DNA of 63,424 nt, counting the filler, from Octopus bimaculoides (lineage: Eukaryota), in the NCBI RefSeq assembly GCF_001194135.2. It is 6 parts of 6 records of this genome, joined end to end, with 100 filler letters (N's around TTAATTAATTAA, not from the genome) between each part and the next. Parts side by side here need not be neighbours in the genome. Positions count along the whole stretch, not along the records: positions 1 to 31,214 come from NW_026310629.1; 5 more parts are not named here. One strand, 5' to 3'. Position 1 is the first letter of the stretch; every line of letters begins with the position of its first letter. The notes under the pieces are model-generated. The model did no database searches and was not told the DNA's origin. It saw only the letters and a list, made by a program, of their open reading frames with translations. A program made the translations under genes and the position numbers. Positions 11,945 to 23,945 of this stretch are shown in pieces.

Positions 11945-12262
11945 TTTTTACTTGGTTCTGACATTTGAGTGCGGCCATGCTGGAGCACTGCCTTGAAAAA
12001 CACTTTTACTCGAACGAATCGACCCCCCCCCCTACATGTTTTCTAAGCCTGGTACTGATTCTATCGGCCTCTTTTACCGAACCGCTAATTCACGAGGACG
12101 TAAGCACACCAACACCGGTCAGCCATCAAGTGGTAGTGGACGACAAACACAGACACAAAGACACACACACACATGTATATACGATGGGCTTCTTCCAGTT
12201 TCCGTCTACCAAATTCACTCACATAGCATTAGACGGCCGATGCTATAAGAGAAGACACTCGC
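11945..12262 (-). mobile_element. SINE family B
   Basis: GCGGCCATGCTGGAGCACTGCC...GTTTCCGTCTACCAAATTCACTCAC is the reverse complement of the family B body. Confidence 0.85.
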
Positions 12263-12543
12263 NNNNNNNNNNNNNNNNNNNNNNNNNNNNNNNNNNNNNN
12301 NNNNNNNNNNNNNNNNNNNNNNNNNNNNNNNNNNNNNNNNNNNNNNNNNNNNNNNNNNNNNNNNNNNNNNNNNNNNNNNNNNNNNNNNNNNNNNNNNNNN
12401 NNNNNNNNNNNNNNNNNNNNNNNNNNNNNNNNNNNNNNNNNNNNNNNNNNNNNNNNNNNNNNNNNNNNNNNNNNNNNNNNNNNNNNNNNNNNNNNNNNNN
12501 NNNNNNNNNNNNNNNNNNNNNNNNNNNNNNNNNNNNNNNNNNN

Positions 12544-12578
<35 letters not shown>

Positions 12579-12933
12579 ACGTACATCACAGTTTGCACTG
12601 AACCGGACCGAGTTCGTAGAAGTATGTGTGTACCGGTTGTTTAATGCGTTTTTTCGAACGCGAACCAACATTTGGCGTTTTCACGGACGCTGAAACGAAG
12701 CCAGCTGTGGTGATTTATGAGATCAATTATACCAGAAGCTCTTATAATCCCGCTCTAATCCGACCTTCTCCCAATTCAACTGACCACGAAATGTTTCGAT
12801 GCGAAAGTTAATGTCTTGTTTACAGTGTAGGCATTTTTATTTGAAGAATAATCGCAGGTTCTTGGAAGTTACTATGGTTATTTAGTGTGAGGGAAGAAAG
12901 GATATACATACGTGTGTTTTTAAATACCTGCGT

Positions 12934-12977
<44 letters not shown>

Positions 12978-13285
12978 AAATGTTGAATGAGGAAAATGAG
13001 TGCTCATCACCGCATTGGTGGATATAATTCCGTTTTCGTGAATTAAGACTACCATTGGTTTCATGTTAAGAAGAGCAGGAAAATGGCCAAGTATCTTAAC
13101 AATTTTTCAAACCGATCACACGGAGAAAGGCGTTCGCCTCCAATTTGGAAAACACAAGCCTCTAGGATATTTTCCAATCTCTAGATACTAGGATATTTTC
13201 CTACTTTTCTCAACACGAAATCAATGGTAACCTTAATTCATAAGTAAAGAATATATATACGGAAGTTTAAATATATATATATATC

Positions 13286-13560
13286 AGAGAGATAGACAAT
13301 ATAAAGGTGGACAAGAGAAACAACAATTAAAAGGACAGGCAAAAAAAGACGGATCATTCTTAGCTTTCTTTCATCAGTCAAGTCCCAGAAGACACGACCA
13401 TTTCAGGCAGTTATACAGGAGATGGTTGCTCCCGAAAAAGTCTAAGCTAAGAGCATTAAACCCTTTTGTAAGAAAGCTAGCGGATGTGTACGGCAACAAA
13501 GACAAAAAAAAAAAAAAAAGGGAGAACATGGTACACGATTACGAATACAAACAAAAAGAA
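13286..13560 (-). mobile_element. Family E repeat, degenerate copy
   Basis: Sense strand contains CGGGAGCAAC and GACTGATGAAAGAAAG. The 3' end abuts the (TA)n tract at 13270-13285. Confidence 0.45.
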
Positions 13561-13744
13561 ATAACAACAGGCGTCTTTCGACTGAGAACGAATGAAATTG
13601 CACTGGAGTGTATGAAGTGAAAACCTAAAGGCAGGAACATGGGAGATGGACACAAAAGATGTTGACGGTCAGCAGTCAGGCCAAGAAAGGAAGAGAATGG
13701 GTGGCTGGGCCCCCCCACATATATATATGCATACACATATATAT

Positions 13745-14098
13745 GTATGGGTGCATCGGGGTTCCTATCTGCATGGGTCCAGGTTCAGCTTCACTACGTT
13801 GTTCCTTTTGCAAGTATCTTCTACTACTATACCTCCGCTTCGACCAAAGACCTATAAGTGGAATTGGCAGATGGAAACTGGAAGAAGTTGTCAAACGTGT
13901 ATGTGTATATATGTGTGTGTGTTTCCACGCCCATGACAACCGGTTTTGGCATGTTTATGTCTCCGCAACTTAGCGGTTTGGCAAAAAAATAGAATATAGA
14001 ATAAAGACTGGGTTTCAATTTCTTCGATTAAACTCGTCAATGTATTGCTGCAGCATGGCCGCAGTCCATTAACTAAAACAAGTACAAGATAAAAATAC
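13745..14098 (+). mobile_element. Old SINE family B copy
   Basis: Degenerate GCAAGTATCTTCTACT, GATGGAAACTGGAAGAAG and CAGCATGGCCGCAGTC landmarks occur in family order. Confidence 0.75.
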
Positions 14099-14113
14099 AT
14101 AAGATGCATATAT

Positions 14114-14198
14114 AATTTTCACGAGCAGGCTGTTCCGTTGATTGGATCAACTGGAACCCATGACGTCGTAAGTGACGAAGTGCCAACAATGCCAACAA
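14114..14198 (+). mobile_element. SINE family A 3' tail only
   Basis: TTCACGAGCAGGCTGTTCCGTTGATTGGATCAACTGGAACCC...GTGCCAACAA. Confidence 0.85.
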
Positions 14199-14395
14199 GA
14201 GGTCTGATGAATAGGTATCCGGACTGTTGCCATAGTAACGAAGCTAAAGCACGCAGAGTAAATCCGATCGGCACAGATTGACCTCAACCTCCGTTGTGCA
14301 TGCGCACTAAGTTTTAATGTTCTACCTCACTTCCACTGTTTACAACAGTGCTTCGAAGGAAGGTGTGTAGCGTGTGATCATCGCATCGCATTGAC

Positions 14396-14577
14396 CATGG
14401 CAGAGAAGATTGTCTTGGGGATAACTGCTCAGAGGCCTACACAAGGTTGCAGAAAGTGTATGGAGAGGAGTATACTGAGCCGCACGCAAGTGTACGAGTA
14501 ATTCAGATGTTTCTGCATCAAATTTTGTCAAAAGCTTGACGATACCTGCTCAGAGACCTACGCAAAGTTTTCAAAAT
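14396..14577 (+). pseudogene. Mariner transposase N-terminal HTH fragments, two partial copies
   Basis: LGDNCSEAYTRLQKVYGEE/LSRTQVYE*FRCF followed by CIKFCQKLDDTCSETYAKFSK. This matches the mariner IKFCxKLGxxxxET...LSRTQVxEWF motif. Confidence 0.75.
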
Positions 14578-14599
14578 GATAATAATAACAATAATAATA

Positions 14600-14748
14600 A
14601 TAACATCGAAAAATACCTTAGGAATGAGAACCCAGGTTCGAAATTTCCCCAAGACACCTGATGATGGCTGGAGGGTATATCAGCCGAAACGCTGTGTTAA
14701 CAACAAACAAAATGAAGACAAATATCCGTCAAATGTAAATAATGTAAA
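14600..14748 (+). mobile_element. Penelope-like terminal segment with hammerhead motif
   Basis: GACAC-CTGATGA-T-GGCTG-GAGGGTATAT-CAGCC-GAAAC-GCT-GTGTT at 14653-14698, followed by a GTAAATAATGTAAATA short-repeat tail. Confidence 0.65.
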
Positions 14749-15227
14749 TAGGTAGTAAGATAGTTATATATATGCATATATCATCACCGTTGTCTGTATT
14801 ACTCGTGTCCGAGTTTGGTTCATCCGGTGCCTTCACGATGTTTAAAACTGACATGGCTCCGAAGGTCAAATGGCACCGTCTCGGGCATTGATCACGTGGC
14901 AGGGTGGGTGATGGTCTTGGCTGGAGTTGGTCAAGTCTTGAGTTGCCTCCCTTTTNNNNNNNNNNNNNNNNNNNNNNNNNNNNNNNNNNNNNNNNNNNNN
15001 NNNNNNNNNNNNNNNNNNNNNNNNNNNNNNNNNNNNNNNNNNNNNNNNNNNNNNNNNNNNNNNNNNNNNNNNNNNNNNNNNNNNNNNNNNNNNNNNNNNN
15101 NNNNNNNNNNNNNNNNNNNNNNNNNNNNNNNNNNNNNNNNNNNNNNNNNNNNNNNNNNNNNNNNNNNNNNNNNNNNNNNNNNNNNNNNNNNNNNNNNNNN
15201 NNNNNNNNNNNNNNNNNNNNNNNNNNN

Positions 15228-15276
<49 letters not shown>

Positions 15277-16419
15277 CATGCATTCATACATATATACACG
15301 TACATATATATATCCATATTACACACATGCATGTATATATACATGTATGTGTATATGTTTACGTCATATAGTATTATATATAGCTTTACGTTGTTCAAGT
15401 TCAACAGATAAACACACAGACGCACCCGTGCAAACACACACACACACACACACGCACACGTTTATATACGTATATATATATATATATATATNNNNNNNNN
15501 NNNNNNNNNNNNNNNNNNNNNNNNNNNNNNNNNNNNNNNNNNNNNNNNNNNNNNNNNNNNNNNNNNNNNNNNNNNNNNNNNNNNNNNNNNNNNNNNNNNN
15601 NNNNNNNNNNNNNNNNNNNNNNNNNNNNNNNNNNNNNNNNNNNNNNNNNNNNNNNNNNNNNNNNNNNNNNNNNNNNNNNNNNNNNNNNNNNNNNNNNNNN
15701 NNNNNNNNNNNNNNNNNNNNNNNNNNNNNNNNNNNNNNNNNNNNNNNNNNNNNNNNNNNNNNNNNNNNNNNNNNNNNNNNNNNNNNNNNNNNNNNNNNNN
15801 NNNNNNNNNNNNNNNNNNNNNNNNNNNNNNNNNNNNNNNNNNNNNNNNNNNNNNNTGAAACATGTATCTGTCAAGCTTCTGTCGAACTTTTTGATCTCAT
15901 TCCTTCCTTCGCTTCATAGCCTTTCCTTTCTTATCTTCTCAAACTCCGCCACCAGCCTTGACAAACTTTCCCGCTCCAAACCAATTCATCAAATTCGTTT
16001 TCAGCAGTAATTTTCTCACTCACTGACGAGGAGTCGAGTGAAAAGCAAAAAGCAATATATTCTAACTTCCTCACTATAAATAAACGCTACCAAATTACCG
16101 ACTGCTAGAGGAAACTGATTGTTCCAACATAGACCACCACCACTGATACCCTTCGCTTCGTGATTTTTACTTTGGTTTATTTATTTTTATCTTTAGATTC
16201 TCTTACTTTATTGATGGTTCGCTGTCGACATTGGGGTATGTGGTTATTGAGTAATAATAGCTCATCTTGTGTTTATGCGGTATCAACAAACTGTTTATGA
16301 AAATGTCAGCAGATCATCATTGCAAGGACGGACACGCAGGCACACAAGCACATACACACACGTATATATGACAAACACACACACAGACGTACAAACATTT
16401 ATTTATTTTCTCTGTAAAT

Positions 16420-16565
16420 TCCTGTGTTGCTTTTTTCTGAAGAGCGTAGGCTCGAAACGTAAAAGACTTCCCGAGCGTTAAACTAATACATCTGTTTGTT
16501 GTTTACACACCCGTTTTCGTCTTTTGTTTTGTTTGTTTGTTTTCTTTTTGTAAATTCCAACTGTA
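16420..16565 (+). mobile_element. Short hammerhead-bearing element (same family as 21295-21480)
   Basis: TTTTCTGAAGAGCGTAGGCTCGAAACGTAAAAGAC...CTTCCCGAGCGTTA.ACTAATACATCTGTTT is shared with the reverse complement of 21295-21440. Confidence 0.7.
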
Positions 16566-16569
16566 TGTA

Positions 16570-16949
16570 TACAGGTATGGCTGTGTGTTAAGAAGCATAC
16601 TTCCCAACCACATGGTTCTGGGTTCGGGCCCACTGTGTAGCACCTTGGGTAAGTGTCTTCTGCTATAACCTCGGGCCGACCAAAGCCTTGTGAGTGGATT
16701 TCGAAGACGGAAATTGAAATAAGCCCATCGTATATATATATATAATTTAAATTTTCATGTTAATTTTAATTTTAATTTTATTTTATTAATAACTTTTTTA
16801 TCTCTCTACATATTCCATTTTAGTACATATTTTTGATAAGGTTTCTCAAAGGCTGAAACATGTAAAACTAAACCAAAACATTCTTCTTTTAATGTATTTA
16901 TATAAAGGAAAATTAAAATGTGCCCAATTTTAAGAAAGTAGCATTTCTT

Positions 16950-16987
<38 letters not shown>

Positions 16988-17172
16988 GTGTGTGTGCCTT
17001 TGTGTCGGTGTGTGTTCCCGCCACCGTCTCTTGACAAGCGGTTCGGCAAAAGAGACAGACAAAATAAGTACTGGTTTGTAAAAGAATAAGTCCTTGGGTC
17101 GATTTCTTCGATGCATACCTTTTCAAGGCGGGCCTCAGTCAAATGACTGAAACAAGTAAAAGATAAAAAGAT
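16570..17172 (+). mobile_element. SINE family B split by ~250-bp AT-rich segment inside its central microsatellite
   Basis: 5' half at 16570-16735 and 3' half at 16985-17172, both on the same strand and in order. Confidence 0.75.
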
Positions 17173-18231
17173 TAAAATGTTTAACTCTTCTATGAAAATT
17201 CCTAACTCCATTCTAACGAATTTTTCCAGATATAATCCACCCCTTCATCAGGTTGCATCTTGTTACCTGCGTACGACAACGTCTTTGATGACGGCAAAAT
17301 GTAATTTCTCTACTCTTGATTGCAAGAGTTTGTAAAGAACTTCTCACCAGAATCTGAAACGTAACTCTGACGTGGTTTTGCCATCGGTCGCTCGTTAATT
17401 TTCTTTATGATGTATATGCCGCCTGTGTCTTTATAGGTTAATTAGCATGGTATGGACGAAACTGCGAGCACAAACACTCGCTGCCCTGTGAATGCTTTGA
17501 GGGAAAGAAAAGGTTTGCGGGAGTGAAATTCGACAACAAATCAAAGAGGTGTGGTTCTCCGGTGTTCTCTTTGACACTCTACCGGCTACTCTAACCCTGT
17601 AAGACGTTTGAGCCAAAAGAAGGTCGTACCAATATAAAGCCTACCTCTTGCTGGTTACCGCAGCCGTTTCAACCCGCTTAGCCAATGTCGTTAGACCTCA
17701 AAGTTTAAAGATACATATTTAAAAGACACGTTTCTTTTTTTTTCTTTCTATTTGCTTTGTCTCCTCAACATAGGCGAATACTTCTTCCATTTTTTCCTGT
17801 GTCTCAAATTAATGCACCTTGTTTGTTGTTTTCTCACCGCTGTCCCTCTCATTCATACAATATTCAGCTAAACATACATACATACAAAAAAGACCATTAA
17901 TGGAATTTCTGAAATACTCTCAACATGCCTACACGCATATAAATGTACCATCGCACAATGCAGTGGGAATGAATTTGAATAACTGTTAACATAATTTACT
18001 TTGAGGTATGTATTAATTAAGTTTATCTTTAAACTCCTCATTCTTACAAACACCATGTAGCTACTTTGTATATATATGCAGGTATAAGTTAAAGGTGTTT
18101 CAATCCTCTAAGGGAAAGATGTCCATAGAAACGATCGCAAACTCACTCTAACTCACCTTAACTAATTAAATAACGGCTTCCTAGCGCAAAAAACACACCT
18201 GTAATTGTTATTTTCCCTCCATTTTCTTATC

Positions 18232-18271
<40 letters not shown>

Positions 18272-18499
18272 GTATACACACACACACATATACATATATA
18301 CATACAAGTGTATGTGTGTATATAAGTGTAATGCAATTAACCTAAGGTGAAGGCCATTTCCATCCCCGCACCCGTTGTCGTCTGCTAAGCTATTGTGAGC
18401 AGACGTCCAACTCTAGAGAGTGGGATCAGATTGCGTGGAGTGACTCTCACTTTTAAACTACTGAGCAAAGACAGGAAAAAAAAAGAGACCTGGTTTTCA

Positions 18500-19060
18500 T
18501 AGCCATTTGAAGGCATGCTGCTCTTTCTCATGATGTTCTGGCACGAAGAGGCTTCCATCTTTGTAAGTTATGAGTGTTGCGTCCATAGTTAATCGTGTAT
18601 TTCTGAGTGGAGTCCAACAAAGTATAAAGTTATTCACAAAAGTCCTTCCATTTAATTCCGTTTTATGTTATGGCATGTAATCTATCGCTATTGCTCCTTA
18701 TTGCATGTGCATAGTAAACAAGCGAGACAGCATTGTAGCTGTATGACTATTTCAACAATTGTAGCCATGATGCTAACAAATGTCATTTTTACAATCATAT
18801 TTATAAATCACTTTGGCCATTTGTGGCTTCCTTTTGGGTTTTCATGCTCGAGGTTTTGCTGTTGACAAAGAGGTTTTTGATTTTACACTTTATTTCGTGA
18901 ATTATTGTGGATAGTTTGTAGTTGTGATGTGATGTATTTTATATTCCGTTTATGAGATGCCGGATGATACGCTCATCTGTTTTATAGCTTGCATGTATTT
19001 CATTCATATAGCACAAATTATATGTGGTTGTGTATTTTTAAAACGTGCAATGTGTGGGGT
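18500..19060 (-). pseudogene. Penelope-like element GIY-YIG endonuclease region, decayed
   Basis: Translated pieces EIHASYKTDERIIRHLI, IYKYDCKNDIC and TMLSRLFTMHMQ*G resemble the PLE pattern VVYxFxC...TLSRRLTMHxQxG. Many stops and frameshifts. Confidence 0.65.
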
Positions 19061-19907
19061 ATTTTGTGGCAATATTATCTCAGGGATTACTGTTAATATA
19101 TTCCAGCAATAAATTCTACACAGATCCTGTATTCCTGCCATAAAAGAGAGAGAATTACATACGTCAATAAAAACATCGCATCCTGATAATGAAACTGTGA
19201 AGGTCTTGAAATTGTGATAATGAATGTAGAAACTTTATAGCAGCAAACAACCTGCAAAGGACTCTTATGGAAATATCTTAATTAAAAAAAAGTTGAAGCT
19301 ACAACTAAAAGGGATTAATAAATTCAGGCAGATATCTCTAAAGCAGTCAGTGTTAAGCGAATTTGCCTAACTATATCCAGCAATCTGATACCAATAAATG
19401 GTAGGAGAATAAACATCCAAGGTCATTTTTCATGTATGACAGGTAAATCCAAATATCGTTTAGAAGAATTTCAAGAAATTCTGAGCATAAAACAACACCG
19501 AGAATAAGAATGGAGAGAATCCTATGTTTAATTGGTGATTGCACGAAACAATGTCGACGATCGTTTCTGTTATGTCAGTAGATTTAGAAAAGAAAATATC
19601 GGCCAATTTAATCTATTCGAAAATATCTATTAACACAACGTTATCAAAGCAATCCAAAATTGGTTGAATTCTAAATGAAGAAAATATCTCCTATAGACGA
19701 ACGCGTACAAAAAGAACGTTAAGATATATTGCTATAGATAGATAAGTAGATAGATAAATAGGTAGATAGCTAGGTAGACAGATAAATAGTTAAGGAAACA
19801 GATAGATATATACCTCTTGTATGTACATACACACGTTTATTATATGAACTCAATCTGCCGTTTGAAATCAGCACCTACAGATTTGGTACAAATAACGCTC
19901 CGACGAT

Positions 19908-20318
19908 TATTCTTTTACTTGTTTCAGTCATTTGACTGTGGCCATGCTGGAGCACCAGCAAATTGACCCCAGGACTTATTCTTTGTGAGCCTAGTACTTA
20001 TTCTATCGGTCTCTTAGGCCGAACCGCTAGGTTACGGGGACGTAAACACACCAGCATCGGTGTTGTCAAGTGATTTTGGGCGGGGTGGGTTTACAAACAA
20101 AGACATAAACATATACACACACATATATACACACACATTTATACACACATATATACGACGGGCTTCTTTCAGTTTCCGTCTACCAAATCCACTCACAAGG
20201 CTTTGGTCGGCTCGAGGCTATAGTACAAGACACTTGCCCAAGGTGTCACGCAGTGGGACTGAACCGCGAACCATGTGGTTCGTAAGCAAGCTACTTACCA
20301 TACAGCCACTTCTACGCC
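19908..20318 (-). mobile_element. SINE family B, full length
   Basis: Sense head GGCGTAGAAGTGGCTGTATGGTAAG...GGTTCAGTCCC has A/B boxes, followed by a central (TA/CA) tract and the AGTAAAAGAATA tail. Confidence 0.92.
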
Positions 20319-20561
20319 TGCGAAAATTCACTGTTAAATTTCCCTTCCATCATTCGCACATCCTTAAACAAAGCTCAGACACACACATGAACATGTGCAA
20401 AGTGAAACACATGCATGGACACACACAATGCTTCCCTCACACACAACTAACTCCCTCTGGTGTGTATATATTAACCCTGACAAGATGAAAGGGAAATACA
20501 TTGGCAACTTTTCAGAATCGTTATTAACTGGCCATTCGTCGCTAACGCCAAGTGTTTCAGT

Positions 20562-21058
20562 TAATCCGATCGACAGAACAGCGTGAAATTAACGTGCAAG
20601 TGATTGAATACTCCACAGATAAGCGTATCCTTAATGTAGTTCTCAGGGAGATCCAGTGTAACACAGAAATGTGACAAAGTTCGGCCCTTTGAAATACAAA
20701 TTCTATACTTTTCCAGCAGCTGAGTGACCGGAAGCAACGAAACAAAATGTCGGTTAAAACGGGGAATACTCCAGATGATCCGATCAACGGAATAGCCTGC
20801 TCGTGAAATTAACTTGCAAGTGGCTGAGTACTCCACAGACACGTGCGCCCAAAACGTAGTTCTCAGCGAGATTCAGCATGGCACAGAATGGCATGAATCT
20901 GGCCCCTTTGATATAGAAGTACCACTCGTTTTCGCTGGATGAACGAAGTGGAGCAACGTGGAATAAAGTGTCTTAGGACAGAGCGTGCTCCTAGGTACCG
21001 AACTCACCCCCTTACGATCATGAGCCGAATACACTAACCACTAAGCTACGCGCCTTCA
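20562..21058 (-). mobile_element. SINE family D (tRNA head plus family-A-type tail), with an extra tail fragment
   Basis: Sense head GTGAAGGCGCGTAGCTTAGTGGTTAG...GAGTTCGGTACC. The tail motif CACTTGCACGTTAATTTCACG occurs twice (about 20580 and 20800). Confidence 0.75.
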
Positions 21059-21074
21059 CAAATTTATGTTTGAA

Positions 21075-21277
21075 TGTGTGTGCATGTCCCGACCACCATC
21101 GCTTGACAACCGATGCTGGTGTGTTCACGTCCCCGTAACATAGCGGTCCGGTAAAAGAGACCGATAGGATGAGTTACTAGGCTTACAAAGAATACGTCCT
21201 GAGGTTGATTAGTTCGACTAAAGGCGGTGCTCCAGCATGGCCGCAGTCAAATGACTAAAACAGATAAAAGAATAAAT
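21075..21277 (+). mobile_element. SINE family B, 3' half
   Basis: CATCGCTTGACAACCGATGCTGGTGTG...CCAGCATGGCCGCAGTCAAATGACT. Confidence 0.9.
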
Positions 21278-21294
21278 GAATATTTATATATATA

Positions 21295-21480
21295 TATAAT
21301 TATAAGGAGAATTCACAAAAAAAACACACCAAAAGACGAAGACAGGTGGTGTAGACAATAAACAGATGTATTAGTATAACGCTCGGGAAGTGATAAAGTC
21401 TTTAACGTTTCGAGCCTACGCTCTTTCACAGAAAGGAACACAGAAAGAAACAAGGAGAGTAAAAAAAAGAATGTGTAGTG
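21295..21480 (-). mobile_element. Short hammerhead-like element, core mutated
   Basis: Sense TTT-CTGTGAA-A-GAGC-GTAG-GCTC-GAAAC-GTT-AAA. The 3' end abuts a (TA)n tract near 21285-21300. Confidence 0.65.
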
Positions 21481-21670
21481 GCTAGCGATCTATCATGGCG
21501 ATATACATACATACCTACATACATGCATACATACATACACACATACATACATGCATACATACATACATATATACATACACACACACACACACGCACACAC
21601 ACGCACACACACATATATATATATGAAATTGTCATTTCGTTTAGGCGTCGCTAAAATAGTAACTAGTTCT

Positions 21671-21711
<41 letters not shown>

Positions 21712-22029
21712 TAGTAATAATAATAATGATAATGATAATAACTAGTCCTCATTACACTTATGATTTAGTATCAGGTGTTTGGCGAGCAGAGAGTGTAATA
21801 ATAATTCATTAATGACAAAAGAACAGAGGTTATACTATCAACTGCAAAAACTTACAATTATTTCTGTTGTAAGATTAGTTCGCCCAAAGCTGAGTGCTTC
21901 TGTAACATCTTTCACCTTCCTCGGGGCCGTTTTATGTATACTTGCGTACAAATCTAACATTATGTATATATGTATATATATATATTTTTATATACACACA
22001 TACAAACAAGAACACACGTATATCTAATT

Positions 22030-22230
22030 AATTTTTAAAAAATGGAGAAAAAGCAACAAGAAAAAAGCACAGCAAGGTGAGAACGTGGCACGTGCAAAGA
22101 ATTTAATGAGACGTTCAGAGAAAGAAAAGAGTGGTTGTTAACGTTTCGAGCGTAGTTCTTCTTCGAAAACAGGAAACATAAAAAAGTCCAAAGGAAACAG
22201 AAGAAGGAGGGAAAAAATCGGTCATTTTCA
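22030..22230 (-). mobile_element. Short element related to 51860-52045, degenerate hammerhead-like motif
   Basis: Sense GCTCGAAACGTTAAC...GAACGTCTCATTAAATTCTTTGCACGTGCCACGTTCTC parallels GCTCGAAACGTAAAA...GAGCGTCTGCTAATACTTTGCATGTACCACGTACTC. Confidence 0.6.
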
Positions 22231-22249
22231 TGGCAATTTTCAATGGCCA

Positions 22250-22337
22250 GATAACTGAAAAGATGGCGGTGTGGGTTTCTGCCCCGGCATCCGAAACTCG
22301 GAGTTTTATCATGGCTACCGAATAATTGTTACATATT
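22250..22337 (+). mobile_element. Second copy of the 3181-3270 hammerhead-bearing element
   Basis: GATAA-CTGAAAA-GATG...CCGGCATC-C-GAAACTCGGAGT-T-TTATC...TAATTGTTACATATT. Stem I GATAA/TTATC is perfect; core G8 is changed to A. Confidence 0.65.
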
Positions 22338-22387
22338 ATTTACAGATAAATTCCTCTATTTACATAATATCGAGGTCTCTTTCTTTT

Positions 22388-22444
<57 letters not shown>

Positions 22445-22943
22445 ATACATACATNNNNNNNNNNNNNNNNNNNNNNNNNNNNNNNNNNNNNNNNATATAT
22501 ATATATATATATATATATATATACGATACACAATTGTTTCATAGATAGTTATTCAAAATGTCTATCAGTTTACTGTATATCCGTTTCAGTACGTCAAGTG
22601 CAAACATTATCAGAAACATAGCATAAATGCTGAACCAATTTTAATTTATATTCCGGTGCTGATCTACTGATCTAAAACAAACCGATGAGGTGCGTCGATA
22701 AGATAACATATTTTCGCAAAACGATTGTGTAATCCTGTGAACTGATTCACTGAAACATGTGTATGTTTCATAACGCCTAAAATACCAAAACAGGTTTTCT
22801 GTAATTTACTAACATTATTACAAGGCTCGTATTCCGCACAGGAGCCTATCCGGTGGTTTCATCCCACTCGCCATATCGTACTACACACAGCATTGGTGTA
22901 CAGAATTTACTGCTAAGCCTAAAGCTTCTTGTGCATATGTTTT

Positions 22944-23325
22944 TGTTGGCACTCTGTCGCTTACGACGTCGAGGGTTCCAGTAGATCCGATCAATGGAAC
23001 AGCCTGCTCGTGAAATTAACGTGCAAGTGGCTGAGCACTCCACAGACACGTGTACCCTTAACGTAGTTCACGAGGATATTCAGCGTGACACAGTGTGACA
23101 AGGCTGACCCTTTGAATTACAGGCACAACAGAAACAGGAAGTAAGAGTGAGAGAAAGTTGTGGTGAAAGAGTACAGCAGGGTTCGCCACCATCCCCTGCC
23201 GGAGCCTCGTGGAGCTTTTAGGTGTTTTCGCTCAGTAAACACTCACAACGCCCGGTCTGGGAATCGAAACCGCGATCCTATGACCGCAAGTCCGCTACGC
23301 TAATCAATGGGCCATTGCGCCTCCA
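22944..23325 (-). mobile_element. SINE family A, full length
   Basis: Reverse complement of 4431-4905 from head GGAGGCGCAATGGCCC to tail GAGTGCCAACA. Confidence 0.92.
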
Positions 23326-23698
23326 CTTGTGCATATACATTCACCACTATACTCTACACACACAAACAGACACACATATATATAAATAGGAAAAGAGGGG
23401 GGGAAGGGGAGTTTCACAGACTGTCAATCGGAATTACAAGCTACTAATCAGCATGAACACATTTTTGGAACCATACAGTGGTTTGAAAACCAGCAATAAG
23501 AACCAACTGGCAAATTAGCTCTTACCTACCTAGCTACCTACCTACCTACCTACCTACCTACCTACCTACCTAATTAACTAACTTAGTAACTACCTGCATA
23601 CATATGTACCTACATATTTACATACATACACATGAATACTAAATAGGCACATACGTATATATGTGCATAGATTCGTATATCTATATCTATGTATATCT

Positions 23699-23768
<70 letters not shown>

Positions 23769-23769
23769 T

Positions 23770-23945
23770 AATACAAATGATATAGATGTATATCCGAGTA
23801 CAGGACGTCAAGAAACGTAGACAAAAAAGGAACGGGAACATAAACAAAGCACAAAAAACGGACTTTTTTTACGGACAACAGAATGAACACATAGGAAAAC
23901 AGTCGGGCCACTTATGGAACTTTTCCTTCATCAGTTGCCTCTATT
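23770..23945 (-). mobile_element. Family E repeat, 3' part
   Basis: Sense GGCAACTGATGAAGG...GACGTCCTGTACTCGGATATA parallels 51595-51728. It ends at the long (TA)n tract at 23700-23765. Confidence 0.55.

Noticed and set aside
14800-14955. GC-richer segment possibly from an LTR element
   Set aside because: Too short, cut by a gap and without a diagnostic motif.
17227-17260. Minus-strand CCTGATGAAGGGG... hammerhead-like start
   Set aside because: No GAAAC, stem II or stem III could be formed.
17248-17334. Minus-strand AG/GT-bounded 87-nt segment
   Set aside because: Has a stop in the frame required by the candidate gene; the only open frame gives an unrecognised peptide.
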